Source of the DNA: an uncultured delta proteobacterium
GTDB lineage: Bacteria > Myxococcota_A > Polyangia > Fen-1088
Direction: 5' to 3'
NCBI GenBank assembly: GCA_963755125.1
Contig: CAVWIP010000001.1
Location: 32,001-96,000 of the forward strand
DNA length: 64,000 bases
Part shown: piece after piece, positions 32,133 to 42,212 of the stretch
Numbering within the stretch: the first letter of the stretch is position 1
How the letters are laid out: each line of letters starts with the position of its first letter
Notes under the pieces: model-generated
Database searches by the model: none
What the model was told of the DNA's origin: nothing
Seen by the model: only the letters and a program-made list of their open reading frames with translations
Made by a program: the position numbers and the translations under genes

Positions 32133-34295
32133 ATGGCCGGCGCGATTGACCCGTCATTGCTCGACCAGCCGGTGACCGCACTGGCAGGAGCCGGGCCGGT
32201 GACGGCGGCGCGCATGGCCGAGCGGGGCCTGCACAGCGTCCGCGACCTGCTGGCCCTCTTGCCGCTCGGGTACCAGGACTTCCGCGCGGTCCACCCGTTG
32301 TCGGCACTCGCCAGCCTACCCGAGGGCCAGAGCGTGGTGGTGCGGGCTCGGGTGCAACAGGTGCGCCCGTTCTTCCGGCGCTTGCTTGATGTGTACCTGG
32401 AGCAGGACGGGGTCAAGCTGCGGGCGCGTTGGTTCCGGCCCAATGCCGGCATGGTCAAGACCTACGCCAAGGGGAATCTCGTGGCGCTGGCCGGAAACTT
32501 GCGGCGGGCCAAGGACGGTACCGTCGAGATCGTTCATCCCCGCAACGTCACGGCGCTGGTGGCCGCGCAAGGGGGGACGGGCAACCAATCCGGGTTGGGG
32601 CTGCGACCGCGCTACCCGGAGGTGGAAAAGGTTCCCGGACGGGTCGTGGAGAAACTGGTCTGCGCGGCTGTCACGCAGGCGGCCGGGCTGGTTCCAGACG
32701 TCTTGCCCGAAAGCGTGGCCAAGGGCTTCGGCTTTCCTCCGGTCGCCGAGTCGCTTCGTCAGGTCCATCAACCCGAGGCCTCGCTCTCCGACGACAAGCT
32801 TGCCGAATTGCTGGCTGGCCAAGCACCGGCGCAGCGGCGTCTGGCCTTCGAGGATCTGTTCGTCGTGCAGGTCGGGCTGGCCATGGAACGCGACCGCACT
32901 CGTCGCGCTGCGGGCTGGCGTTGTGACGTCGATGGCGAGGCAGTGTTGGCGTCGGCGCGAGCTGCGTTGCCGTTTGTGCCCACGTCAGCCCAGGAACGCG
33001 CGATGCGGATTCTGTTGGCGGACCTGACCCGGGCGACGCCCATGCAGCGACTGCTTCAGGGTGATGTGGGCAGTGGCAAGACCGCGGTGGTTTTTGCCGC
33101 GGCCTTGCTCATCGCACGTGCCGGCGGACAGAGTTTGCTCATGGCGCCCACCGAGGTGCTGGCCGAGCAGCACGGACGCACCCTCGCTGTCTGGGGCAGC
33201 AAGGCAGGCCTGAAGGTCGAGGTGTTGCACGCAGGACTGGAGGCGCAGCAGCGGCGCCGAGTGCTTGCTGCGATTGCGAGCGGTGCGACTGATCTGCTGG
33301 TGGGCACGCATGCGCTGCTGGACGAGAGTCTGAAAGTCAAGCGACTTGCGCTGGCCATCGTGGACGAACAGCATCGCTTCGGGGTGCGCCAGCGGGCCGC
33401 CTTGCGCCGGGCCGGGGGCTGGATTCCCGACGAGGAAACCGGCATGGTTCCCCACCTGCTGGTGTTGTCAGCCACGCCCATCCCCCGCTCCCTGGCCCTG
33501 ACCGCCTACGGCGATCTCGACCTTGTCACCCTCGACGAATGTCCGCCGGGCCGCCAGACCGTGGCGACCCACTTGGGCGTGGGCGAGGCTGCTCGCCACG
33601 AGGCTCTGGTCGGGGTCAAGGCGTCGGTTGCCGCCGGTGGGCAGGGCTTCGTGGTTTGCCCGGCCATCGTCGAGCAGAAGCAGGGCCGGCGCGCCTCGGT
33701 GCTGTCCCGTTTTCGCGAGCTGCGGCCGCTGCTGGCACCGGCGCGGGTTGGCCTCCTGCACGGACAGATGCCGAGTGAGGACCAGCAGGAGGTGGTCGCG
33801 GCATTTCGCGCCGGCAAGCTCGATGTGCTGGTCGCCACGACCGTGCTGGAGGTCGGCGTGGACGTGCCGCGTGCCTCGATCATCGTCATCGAGGATGCCG
33901 AGCGTTTCGGCCTGGCGCAATTGCACCAGTTGCGCGGCCGCGTGGGACGTGCAGGGCAGGCGTCCAGTTGCTACTTGCTCACCGGCGCGCAGGATCCCGA
34001 AAGCCTGGACCGGCTGGCCTTCGTGGCGGCAACCAGCGACGGGTTTCGCATCGCCGAGGAGGATCTGCGACGGCGCGGCCCGGGCGAGATCTACGGCGAC
34101 CGCCAAACCGGCGTCGTGGGTTTGTGGATGCGCGATCCGGCCGGCGTCGTGGGTCTGGTCGAACGGGCGCGCCAGCAAGCCGAGGCGCTGCTGGCCGAAG
34201 ATCCCAACCTTGTCTCGCCTGCGCACGCGGCGTTGCGCCAAGCAGTCGACACACGCTGGCTGCGCCGGCGGCCCATCGCCGAGGAAGCGGGATGA
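32133..34295 (+). CDS. recG: ATP-dependent DNA helicase RecG
   Basis: QGDVGSGKT, DEQHRFGV, SATPIPR, QLHQLRGRVGR, DGFRIAEEDL motifs. Confidence 0.97.
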   Translation: MAGAIDPSLLDQPVTALAGAGPVTAARMAERGLHSVRDLLALLPLGYQDFRAVHPLSALASLPEGQSVVVRARVQQVRPFFRRLLDVYLEQDGVKLRARWFRPNAGMVKTYAKGNLVALAGNLRRAKDGTVEIVHPRNVTALVAAQGGTGNQSGLGLRPRYPEVEKVPGRVVEKLVCAAVTQAAGLVPDVLPESVAKGFGFPPVAESLRQVHQPEASLSDDKLAELLAGQAPAQRRLAFEDLFVVQVGLAMERDRTRRAAGWRCDVDGEAVLASARAALPFVPTSAQERAMRILLADLTRATPMQRLLQGDVGSGKTAVVFAAALLIARAGGQSLLMAPTEVLAEQHGRTLAVWGSKAGLKVEVLHAGLEAQQRRRVLAAIASGATDLLVGTHALLDESLKVKRLALAIVDEQHRFGVRQRAALRRAGGWIPDEETGMVPHLLVLSATPIPRSLALTAYGDLDLVTLDECPPGRQTVATHLGVGEAARHEALVGVKASVAAGGQGFVVCPAIVEQKQGRRASVLSRFRELRPLLAPARVGLLHGQMPSEDQQEVVAAFRAGKLDVLVATTVLEVGVDVPRASIIVIEDAERFGLAQLHQLRGRVGRAGQASSCYLLTGAQDPESLDRLAFVAATSDGFRIAEEDLRRRGPGEIYGDRQTGVVGLWMRDPAGVVGLVERARQQAEALLAEDPNLVSPAHAALRQAVDTRWLRRRPIAEEAG

Positions 34296-36967
34296 GTGGT
34301 CGGTGGCAACGGACCCTGTGGGCGGGATTGCTGGGCGGCGCGTTGGCCGGAAGCGGGGATGCGCTGGTCACGTTTGCGGCCGCGCTGACCCGGCCGTCAG
34401 CCCTGGACGCACTCGCGCTGGGCGGCGCCGCCGGAGCCACGCTGGGGTTGGGCCTCGCCCTGGTTGCCGCGCTCCTTCATGCAGTCGCGGTGCCGCTGGC
34501 TGCGCGCGTGCGGCGGATCTCGTCGACGGCCCTGGTCGCGATGACCATGGCTGCGCCGCTGCTGGTCTACGATGCCTTTGCCCTGTTCGCCGGGGCCAAG
34601 GCCTCGCATGTGGCTGGCCATCAGGCGATCTCCATGGCGCTGGTCCTGCTGATGCTCGTGCTGGGGACGCTGGCAGGCGAGGTGTGGCACCGACTCCTGG
34701 TCTATTTCGAGCGCGCGCATGGCCACGGCCTCTTGGCCGTGACCGCGGGACTGGGCCTGGCGCTCGCGGCCGGGGCAGAGCAGGTCAATCGCGTGGTACT
34801 GCCCCGGCTCTATCCGTGGTTTCATCTGTCACTGGGGTTGCTCTCCGTGGCGGCCTGCGTGCTGGCGGCGCGGGTGGTGCTTCGCGGCCGGGTGTGGCGG
34901 CGCAAGGGTGCGACGTTGCTGGCGGCCGGGGCGCTGGCTGTGACTGGACTGGGAGCGCGCGAACTCTCGGTCATGGGCGCCAGCCAGAACCTGCGCTTTT
35001 TTGCCTACGAGAAGACCCAGGTGACCAGCCTGGCGCTGCGCCTGTTGCCGGCCCGACACACGCGGCGTCCAGGCACGGCCCGACCGGGCGCTCCCCTGGC
35101 AGCGGCAAGCCCTTTGCCCGAGGGGCCGCACCGGCCTGACGCCGACGTGGTTCTCATCACGGTGGACGCCACGCGCGCCGATCACGTGGGCGCCTATGGC
35201 TACGCCCGCTCCACCACGCCCAACATCGATGTGCTGGCCCGGCGCGGGGTGCGCTTCGAGCGCGCCTATGCCCAGGCCCCGCACACGTCGTTCTCGATCG
35301 CGTCGCTGATGACCGGCAAGTATTACCCGACGTTGGCGCGGCTGGCTCCGCAGAGCCAGCACGAGACACTGCCTCTGACCCTGCGCCGCTACGGATGGAA
35401 GACCGCCGCATTCTTTCCACCCGCGGTGTTCTTCATCGACGCGCAGAAGATGAAGACGTTCGAGGCGAGCAATTTCGACTTCGAGTACGTGAAATACGAG
35501 TATCTGGACGCCGAGCAGCGGGTCGAGCAGATCGACGACTTCTTCCGCAAGGAGAATCCGCGCAAGGTCTTTCTCTGGCTGCACCTGTTCGAGCCACACG
35601 AACCGTATCAGGCGCACAAAGGCTACGAGTTCGGCAGCCGCGACATCGATCGCTACGATAGCGAGATCGCGTACAGCGACGCGGTGGTGGGACGGGTGAT
35701 CGCGTATCTGCAGAAAGAGCGCCCCAACGCCATCATCGTGGTGGCGGCGGATCACGGCGAGGAATTCGACGAGCACGGCGGGCGCTACCACGGAACCACG
35801 TTGTATGACGAGCAGGTGCGCGTGCCGCTCGTTATATACGTGCCCGGCGTGACCCCGCACGTGGTGGCCGGTCCGGTGCAGCTCATCGACATCGCGCCCA
35901 CCATCCTGGGGTTGCTCGACCTGCTCGCGCCGGCGCGCATGCGCGGCACCGATCTGGGGCCGTGGCTGGTGGTGCCGCCTGCGTCTGACGAGCGCTTGCC
36001 GCCGGTGTTCGCCGAGGTGGAAGACAAGCGCATGGTGGTCAAGGGTCAGGAGAAGCTCATCTGCGACCTGGCCCGGGACTACTGCGCGTATCACGATCTG
36101 CGGGCCGATCCGCGCGAGGCGCGCGATCAGGCCGAGGCGCGACCGGAGCGAGTGGCGGCGCTGCGCCAGTTGCTGGATACGTGGCTCGACGAGCAGGCGC
36201 GCTTCGAGTCGAAACGCCTCGCCGGCGCAGACACGCCGGCCGCGCCCCAGGCCATCGAGCGCGGCCGCATGGGCGATGCGGATGCGGCGCCCGCGCTGGC
36301 GGCCATGCTGCAGTCACGGGCGCCGGTGGAACTGCGGCGCGAGGCGGCCCGTCTGCTGGTCGAGGCGTTGCCTGCCCGACAAGACGCGCGGTCGACGGTC
36401 ATCGCGGCCATGCAGGCGGCCGACGACGAAGAGGTACGCGACTGGGCCGCCGTCGCGGCGGTGCGCCTGGGCGAGGCGGTCGGTCGAGCACGCCTGCTGG
36501 CCATCGTCGCGCGGCCGGACGGCGAGACGTACCGGGCGTTGCGACTCCAGGCGGCGCTGGCTCTGGCGCAAGCCGGAGACGGCGCTGGCGTGATGGTGTT
36601 GGGTGAGGCACTGGATGCGTGCTCTGCCAATGAGGCGCTGTGCAAGTCGATCATCGTGGCCCTGGGCAAGCTGCGCGACGTACGTGCGGTTCCGGCGCTG
36701 ATCGCGCACCTGCCCGACGTGTTGACACGCGTGGAAGTCGTGCGGGCTTTGGGAGAGATCAGGGACGCCTCGGCCGAGCCCGCGCTGCTAGAGCGGTTGA
36801 AATCTGACGAATACGTGCCCGTGCGCGTGGCCGCCGCACACGCCCTGGCCCGCTTGGGCGGGGCGCGCGCGCTGCTGGCGCTCAAATGGTCAGCCAGTCA
36901 CGAAAAAGAACCGCGCATGGTCGAGGCCGCGCGGACCGCGCTGGCGGAGTTGCGACAGGGGCAGTAG
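34292..36967 (+). CDS. Membrane-anchored sulfatase-like hydrolase/transferase with C-terminal HEAT repeats
   Basis: N-terminal TM helices; ITVDATRADH, EPHEPY, ADHGEE motifs; HEAT units. ATGA overlap with recG. Confidence 0.85.
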   Translation: MSGRWQRTLWAGLLGGALAGSGDALVTFAAALTRPSALDALALGGAAGATLGLGLALVAALLHAVAVPLAARVRRISSTALVAMTMAAPLLVYDAFALFAGAKASHVAGHQAISMALVLLMLVLGTLAGEVWHRLLVYFERAHGHGLLAVTAGLGLALAAGAEQVNRVVLPRLYPWFHLSLGLLSVAACVLAARVVLRGRVWRRKGATLLAAGALAVTGLGARELSVMGASQNLRFFAYEKTQVTSLALRLLPARHTRRPGTARPGAPLAAASPLPEGPHRPDADVVLITVDATRADHVGAYGYARSTTPNIDVLARRGVRFERAYAQAPHTSFSIASLMTGKYYPTLARLAPQSQHETLPLTLRRYGWKTAAFFPPAVFFIDAQKMKTFEASNFDFEYVKYEYLDAEQRVEQIDDFFRKENPRKVFLWLHLFEPHEPYQAHKGYEFGSRDIDRYDSEIAYSDAVVGRVIAYLQKERPNAIIVVAADHGEEFDEHGGRYHGTTLYDEQVRVPLVIYVPGVTPHVVAGPVQLIDIAPTILGLLDLLAPARMRGTDLGPWLVVPPASDERLPPVFAEVEDKRMVVKGQEKLICDLARDYCAYHDLRADPREARDQAEARPERVAALRQLLDTWLDEQARFESKRLAGADTPAAPQAIERGRMGDADAAPALAAMLQSRAPVELRREAARLLVEALPARQDARSTVIAAMQAADDEEVRDWAAVAAVRLGEAVGRARLLAIVARPDGETYRALRLQAALALAQAGDGAGVMVLGEALDACSANEALCKSIIVALGKLRDVRAVPALIAHLPDVLTRVEVVRALGEIRDASAEPALLERLKSDEYVPVRVAAAHALARLGGARALLALKWSASHEKEPRMVEAARTALAELRQGQ

Positions 36968-36976
36968 CCCGTCCGC

Positions 36977-38608
36977 TCAAGGGCAGGTCGAGTTGAGTGC
37001 GGACGGTGCCAGCGTGGTCGTCACGTTGGTTTGCAGGTACGACGGAGTGGCCGTGGTGATGTTCGCCGCCACGACGCCTCCTGCAATGCGTGCATTGATG
37101 GTCGCCGCGGTCTGGTTCGCCCAAGTATCGCCCTGGGCGGAAAGGCCGAAGCTTTCGTCGACCAGGATGGGTTTGCCAGTCACGGTGTGCAAGTTGGCAT
37201 AGGACGAGTTTCCGGCGTTCGCGCTGCTGCCTTGTCCCGTCGTCCATATCATGTCGTAGCTGGTGCCCAGGGCGGCCATGGCGGTATTGATCCCGTCAAT
37301 ATAGGAGGTCAATTGCGAGGAGCTGATCCAGGTCGAGTAGTCGATGGCGACGACGGCAGGGGGATCGTTGCACTTGATCGCCAGGGTGATCTGCGCGGCA
37401 AGCTGGCCGAGTTGCGCGTACGAGAGGGGAACCGTCTGCGACCCCTCCACCGAGTATTGAATGAAGTCTCCTTCGAGCAGCCAAATGATTGGCTTCTTGA
37501 AGGCGGCGTAGGTCTGTGCCGCGTACCACGCGTACGCCTTGACCATCACATTGTCGGCGCAAATCGTGGCCGGAGGACCCTGCGGACACGCGGCATTGTC
37601 AACCCCGAGAAGCAACGCTCCCATCCCGGTGGTCAAATTGGGCCCGCTGGACTGGTTCCCGTCGGGGAGACCATTGATGTGTCCGTAGTAGCCGATGAGG
37701 TAGGCGTAATAGGCGGGAACGACCGTCGAGGACGCAAAGGACTTGATCCAGCCGCTCTCGTCGAAGCCGTTAGAACCGAAAGTGCCATCGGCTTGGATGT
37801 TGTAGCCAGCCCAGTTGGAAATGAACTGGAGGTAACTCAATGAACTTGGATTCCCGCCGTTGACTCCCCAGGCGAACGTGCAGCCGAATGGATTCGCTGC
37901 CGGCGTTGTGCCTGTTCCGCAGGTGGATGGCGTTCCCCCGTCGGTGGGAGAACCAGCCGCGCCGCCGGCGCCACCCGCGCCTGTCGAACCTCCCGATCCC
38001 CCTGCGCCTCCTGAGCCACTCCCGCCACCCGCCCTAACACCACCCGTTGCCGTGGACCCACCTCTTGGCGAGGCGCCGCCCGAGGCTGTCGCACCGGCCG
38101 ATGCTGTTGCTCCGCCGGTACCGGTGGAACCGCCCGCGGACGCCGTGGTCCCGCCCGTCGCTCTCGTTCCTGCGGACGCCGTGGCGCCGCCCGCTGCGGT
38201 CAATCCGCCGGACGCTGTGGAACCACCTATGACCGTGGCGGCGGTGGAGCCGCCGTTCGTGGTCCGGCCCCCTGAGCCACTGGTGACGCTCGCTGTGGCT
38301 GAGCCGCCCGCAGGCTGAGTGCTTCCGCCCGGCGCGACAGTCCCTACCGTGGTCCCGGCCCCTGAGTTGCCGCCCGCGGCGGTCGACGTTGCACCAGCGA
38401 CAAGAGTCTGTCCGCCGTTGCTACTGGTGGCGCCGCCCACTGGCGTGACGCTGCTTGCACCACCCCCGCTGCCGCCTGTTGCGCCTGGTGAATTCGAAGA
38501 AGAGCAACCAGCCAGGAGTGCAACCAGCAGACCCGAGCCGAGTCCGCGCAGATCCAGATGATTCTGCAACCAAGTTCGTCGCCGTCGTGATGTCCAGTGT
38601 CGTTCCAT
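36977..38608 (-). CDS. Lipoprotein with Gly/Ser/Thr linker and uncharacterised C-terminal domain (possibly carbohydrate-active)
   Basis: Lipobox LLAGC; about 190 aa of GGATASAG-like repeats; aromatic-rich domain with WLLEGDF and ILVDESFG. Confidence 0.75.
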   Translation of the reverse strand: MERHWTSRRRRTWLQNHLDLRGLGSGLLVALLAGCSSSNSPGATGGSGGGASSVTPVGGATSSNGGQTLVAGATSTAAGGNSGAGTTVGTVAPGGSTQPAGGSATASVTSGSGGRTTNGGSTAATVIGGSTASGGLTAAGGATASAGTRATGGTTASAGGSTGTGGATASAGATASGGASPRGGSTATGGVRAGGGSGSGGAGGSGGSTGAGGAGGAAGSPTDGGTPSTCGTGTTPAANPFGCTFAWGVNGGNPSSLSYLQFISNWAGYNIQADGTFGSNGFDESGWIKSFASSTVVPAYYAYLIGYYGHINGLPDGNQSSGPNLTTGMGALLLGVDNAACPQGPPATICADNVMVKAYAWYAAQTYAAFKKPIIWLLEGDFIQYSVEGSQTVPLSYAQLGQLAAQITLAIKCNDPPAVVAIDYSTWISSSQLTSYIDGINTAMAALGTSYDMIWTTGQGSSANAGNSSYANLHTVTGKPILVDESFGLSAQGDTWANQTAATINARIAGGVVAANITTATPSYLQTNVTTTLAPSALNSTCP

Positions 38609-38722
38609 GGGGACTCCTCTCAGACCAGAGCCGGTGGTTCACGTGCGTCTTCGCGTCGTCTACCTCTTTCAGTAGCAGGAAAGGGTGTTTCTGGTCCATT
38701 CCCGATGCGGCACAAACTCAAA

Positions 38723-38806
38723 GTATCCGTCTTGTTCGGCATGGCCAACGCGATCCACAAGAGAAGGATGGGAAGCTGCTATTGGCTAGGGCTGCGGACC
38801 GGAGAT
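38723..38806 (+). pseudogene. Short GH5-like fragment
   Basis: ...MGSCYWLGLRTGD, similar to LGSCYWPGLRNGD in the neighbouring minus-strand fragment. Confidence 0.55.
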
Positions 38807-38892
38807 AACGGCATGAAGGCACTCGGTACTCGACGAAGCGGGCGGACGACGTAATGGCGATGAGCCGTGCGTTGCGCGTGCCCCGATTCTTG

Positions 38893-39195
38893 CTAGAGCT
38901 GCCAGGCCCAGTGCACGCGGTCGAGCCCGGAAACGTTGGTGACGGTCAGGGTGAGCGGGCTGCTGCCGGTGCTCAGCGTGGTCATGGAATAGCTGTCGCC
39001 GTTGCGCAGGCCCGGCCAATAGCAGCTGCCCAGGCCATCGCTGCGCATGACGTCTGCCACGGCTCGCACGTACGAGCGGTAGACATTACCGTCCGCGTTC
39101 AGGCTGTAGTCGATGCCGGTGGTCATCGGCGCGCCCCACTCGCCGACCAGGGTGCGCCCGGCATAGCCGCCGAGCGCCGTGGTCATGCTGTCGGC
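38893..39195 (-). pseudogene. C-terminal fragment of a GH5-like glycoside hydrolase
   Basis: LVGEWGAPMTTG (nucleophile-like) and GSCYWPGLR. No N-terminal half with an NEP motif. Confidence 0.65.
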
Positions 39196-39529
39196 CTGTC
39201 GGAAAATTGACGATGCATCAGCAGCCGGTGTACTCGTCGATCAATGATGCAAAGCAGTCGTTGAGCCATGGGGAAGCGCAGCAGGCACGTTTGGGTTGAG
39301 CTGTTCTTGTCCCCGAGATCGCCTTCTCGTAGGGCGGTCACATGCTCCAAACGGTTGTGTCGCACGGATGACTATTCGTGCGTTCGAATGTCGTTTTCGC
39401 GACAACGGTACGGGGAAGTAGGTCTTGCGGACCTGGCGGGCGGTAGGGTCACGTGCGAAACTTCGTGTTGACATGCGGCGGCCCAGCCCAAGGGTTTGCG
39501 GTTTTCTTCGGCGCAACCCGCCGCCCTGC

Positions 39530-39913
39530 ATGCTGGAACGGCTCGAATGGCCGCTCAGCAGTGGGCCGCAGCGGCGACCACAGCGGATCGATCTGCGAAG
39601 CATTCGGCCGGTGATCCATCTGGCCCACCGGGTGACCTATCCGCTTGTCCTCCCGGAGCGCGTGATCTTCGATTACGAGATCGTGCTCGTGCTTCGGGGT
39701 GAAGGGGAGTTCCTGACCGAGTGTTCCGTGCAGAGCTTCGCGCCGGGCGACCTGCTGGTGATTCCTCCTTACGTTCCGCACCGCTTTGCCGGGCTAGTCA
39801 GCCAATCGATCCGCGCCCAAGGACGAAACATGGATCATCTCGACTGGCCACAGCCGAATATCACGTTCCGGGAGGTCGTGCAGCTTTCGCTCTGCGACCG
39901 GGAGAGCGTCTAG
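39530..39913 (+). pseudogene. Truncated AraC-family regulator (cupin domain only)
   Basis: ERVIFDYEIVLVLRGEG...PGDLLVIPPYVPHRF; no HTH before the stop. Confidence 0.65.
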
Positions 39914-39914
39914 C

Positions 39915-40664
39915 GTGTTGCGCATCATAATCAACGCCGACGATCTCGGGTTGAACAGCACCGTCAACCAAAGGATCTTTAGCTTGCTGGAACGCGGCCA
40001 GGTGACCTCGGCCACGCTTCTCATGAACGCGCCGGCTATTGAGGAGGCGGTGCAAGGACTTCGCCGATTTCCGCGGGCGTCCTTCGGCATCCATCTCAAC
40101 GTGACCGAGTTCGTTCCCCTCAGCAATCATCCCGGGCTCGCCATCTTGCGCGGGCCCGATGGGGCGCTGGCTAACAACGTCTTGAAGGTGCACCTCAATT
40201 GGGCCGCGTGCGAAGCGGTGTACCGCGAATGGTGCGCGCAAGTGGAGCGGGCGTTGGCGCTGGGGATCCCGGTGAGCCACCTCGACTCTCATCACCATGC
40301 CCACACCATCCCGGCGTTGTTCCTTGCCCTCAAGCGCCTGCAGATCCGGTTTGGCATCCGGCGCGTCCGGCTCACACGCAACGTGTACCGCTTGGGCGAA
40401 CGACTTCCTCTTGGCAAGCCCCAGGCGAAGGCAGCGTGGAACCTGGCGCTAGGCCGCGTCTACCGGACACGCACCACGGATGGATTCACCGACTTCGCAG
40501 CCTTCCACGCGCGTCTCGCAGCCGGCGTGCCCGTCCGCGGGACGTACGAACTAATGTGCCATCCCGGACACCCGAGATTCGAGGAGGAGACAAGCCTGCT
40601 CGAAACACCCTGGCTATCGACCTTGGCGCCGAACGCGCAACTCATCACCTACAACGATCTGTGA
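39915..40664 (+). CDS. YdjC/ChbG/HpnK-family carbohydrate deacetylase
   Basis: INADDLG, GIHLN, HLDSHHH, ELMCHPG motifs. Confidence 0.92.
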   Translation: MLRIIINADDLGLNSTVNQRIFSLLERGQVTSATLLMNAPAIEEAVQGLRRFPRASFGIHLNVTEFVPLSNHPGLAILRGPDGALANNVLKVHLNWAACEAVYREWCAQVERALALGIPVSHLDSHHHAHTIPALFLALKRLQIRFGIRRVRLTRNVYRLGERLPLGKPQAKAAWNLALGRVYRTRTTDGFTDFAAFHARLAAGVPVRGTYELMCHPGHPRFEEETSLLETPWLSTLAPNAQLITYNDL

Positions 40665-40732
40665 TGGTTGGCGGCGGCGGTTGGCATCCCTTGGTTACAG
40701 AGCAAGCACGAGGGAGCCGGGGTTCGTATAGC

Positions 40733-42202
40733 ATGCGCCGTATGCGTATCACTGCGATGCCTTTCCTGTTTGCCAGCGCCGTCCTGCTGGGTGGCAGCTG
40801 TATTCGGCGACCCGCCCCGGTGGCGGGACCGAACCCTGTCGCGCAGACGTCGTCCGCTGCGCTGACGGTCTTGCCGTTCGAGCGCCACCAGAGTATCGAG
40901 GGTTTCGGTGCGTCGCTGTCCTGGTACCAGGACAGGCTGGTCCCCAACCCGCCGCCTGGGATCTACCAGACGCTTTTCCCTGACCTGGGGCTGGACATCC
41001 TGCGCTTGCGCAACCGCTACCAGCGCATGACCAAGCCCGAGGACGGCAACCTGGCGCAGGACGTGGAGATCGTGCAGAAGGCCACTCAGGCGCTGGGCCA
41101 TCGGCCCAAGATCATGCTCTCGGCCTGGTCCCCGCCGGCATCCTTGAAAGCCAACGGCAAGGAAGATTGCGCGGGCGATCGTGACTGCACGCTGGCCAAG
41201 GAGAACGGCCGTTTCGTCTACGAGAAGTTCGCGGACTTCTGGCGCGATTCGCTCGTGCACTACGCCCAGCTTGGCATCGTCCCCGACTGGGTGAGCATCG
41301 AGAACGAGCCGTCCTTCATTCCGCCATCCTGGGAAGGTTGCAAATTCGAGGCGAGCGAAACCAGCGACTATCCAGGCTACGACAAGGCCCTGGCCGCGGT
41401 TCATGCCAGGCTGGCCAGCTTGCCCAATCCGCCAAAGATGCTCGGCCCCGAGGTGCTCGGCATTCACAACGGGCTGCTTCAGAGGTACGTCAAGGCCATG
41501 AACGTCGATCTCGTTGACGGCATTGCCCATCATCTTTACGAGAAGGGCAGCGACAACATCTGGGATTGGAAGGATCCGGGCCCCGACAGCTTCCTCGGCG
41601 TCATGCAGGCCGCGGCCCAGACGACCGACAAGCCGCTCTTCCAGACCGAGTTCCAGACCGATGAGGATCACGGCTATCTGGGTGGTTTTGAAACCGCCTG
41701 GCTGATCCACAATTCGCTGGTCGAAGAGGGCGTGGCAGCCTTTCTCTACTGGGATCTGATCTGGGGCGATGGCGGCGGCCTGGTTTCCATGGAGCGCAAG
41801 GGCCCGCGCCCGCGCGACCAGTACTACTCCTTGCGCCACTACGCGCGCTACACGGACCCGGGCGATGTTCGCGTGGGTACCAAGTGCGACAAGCCCGAGG
41901 TGCGCGCCTCGGCCTTTCTTTCGCCGGAGACCGACAGGCTGACCCTGATCGCGCTCAACACGGGCAAGGTCCCCGTCGAGGTTCGCGTGGATTTTGGTGG
42001 TTTTGCCGTATCGAGTTCAGCCGTCTACCGGACTGTCTATCTGTCCATGGCGAGCGCGCCGGCCGGGCGCCCGAGCTCCCCTCCCAGCTCCGAGAGGTGG
42101 ACTGCCCTCGGTGAATTGCCTGCCAGCTCCATCGTGCCGTTGCCAGGACGCTCGATCGCCACCGTGGTGCTGCATGGCCGGATGCCCTCCCAGCACAAGT
42201 GA
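40733..42202 (+). CDS. GH30 glycoside hydrolase (xylanase-like) lipoprotein
   Basis: Lipobox LGGSC; QSIEGFGAS, SAWSPP, SIENEP (acid/base), FQTEF (nucleophile); C-terminal beta-sandwich. Confidence 0.87.
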   Translation: MRRMRITAMPFLFASAVLLGGSCIRRPAPVAGPNPVAQTSSAALTVLPFERHQSIEGFGASLSWYQDRLVPNPPPGIYQTLFPDLGLDILRLRNRYQRMTKPEDGNLAQDVEIVQKATQALGHRPKIMLSAWSPPASLKANGKEDCAGDRDCTLAKENGRFVYEKFADFWRDSLVHYAQLGIVPDWVSIENEPSFIPPSWEGCKFEASETSDYPGYDKALAAVHARLASLPNPPKMLGPEVLGIHNGLLQRYVKAMNVDLVDGIAHHLYEKGSDNIWDWKDPGPDSFLGVMQAAAQTTDKPLFQTEFQTDEDHGYLGGFETAWLIHNSLVEEGVAAFLYWDLIWGDGGGLVSMERKGPRPRDQYYSLRHYARYTDPGDVRVGTKCDKPEVRASAFLSPETDRLTLIALNTGKVPVEVRVDFGGFAVSSSAVYRTVYLSMASAPAGRPSSPPSSERWTALGELPASSIVPLPGRSIATVVLHGRMPSQHK

Positions 42203-42212
42203 GGGATCGGGC

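Noticed and set aside
33968..34291. ORF-track N-terminal extensions (also at 40199, 41994, 43921, 47562, 59710)
   Set aside because: They overlap upstream genes or intergenic DNA. Downstream starts with an SD, coupling or a signal peptide fit better.
37900..38480. GC-rich short repeats
   Set aside because: They encode the Gly/Ser/Thr/Ala linker of the lipoprotein; ordinary low-complexity coding sequence.
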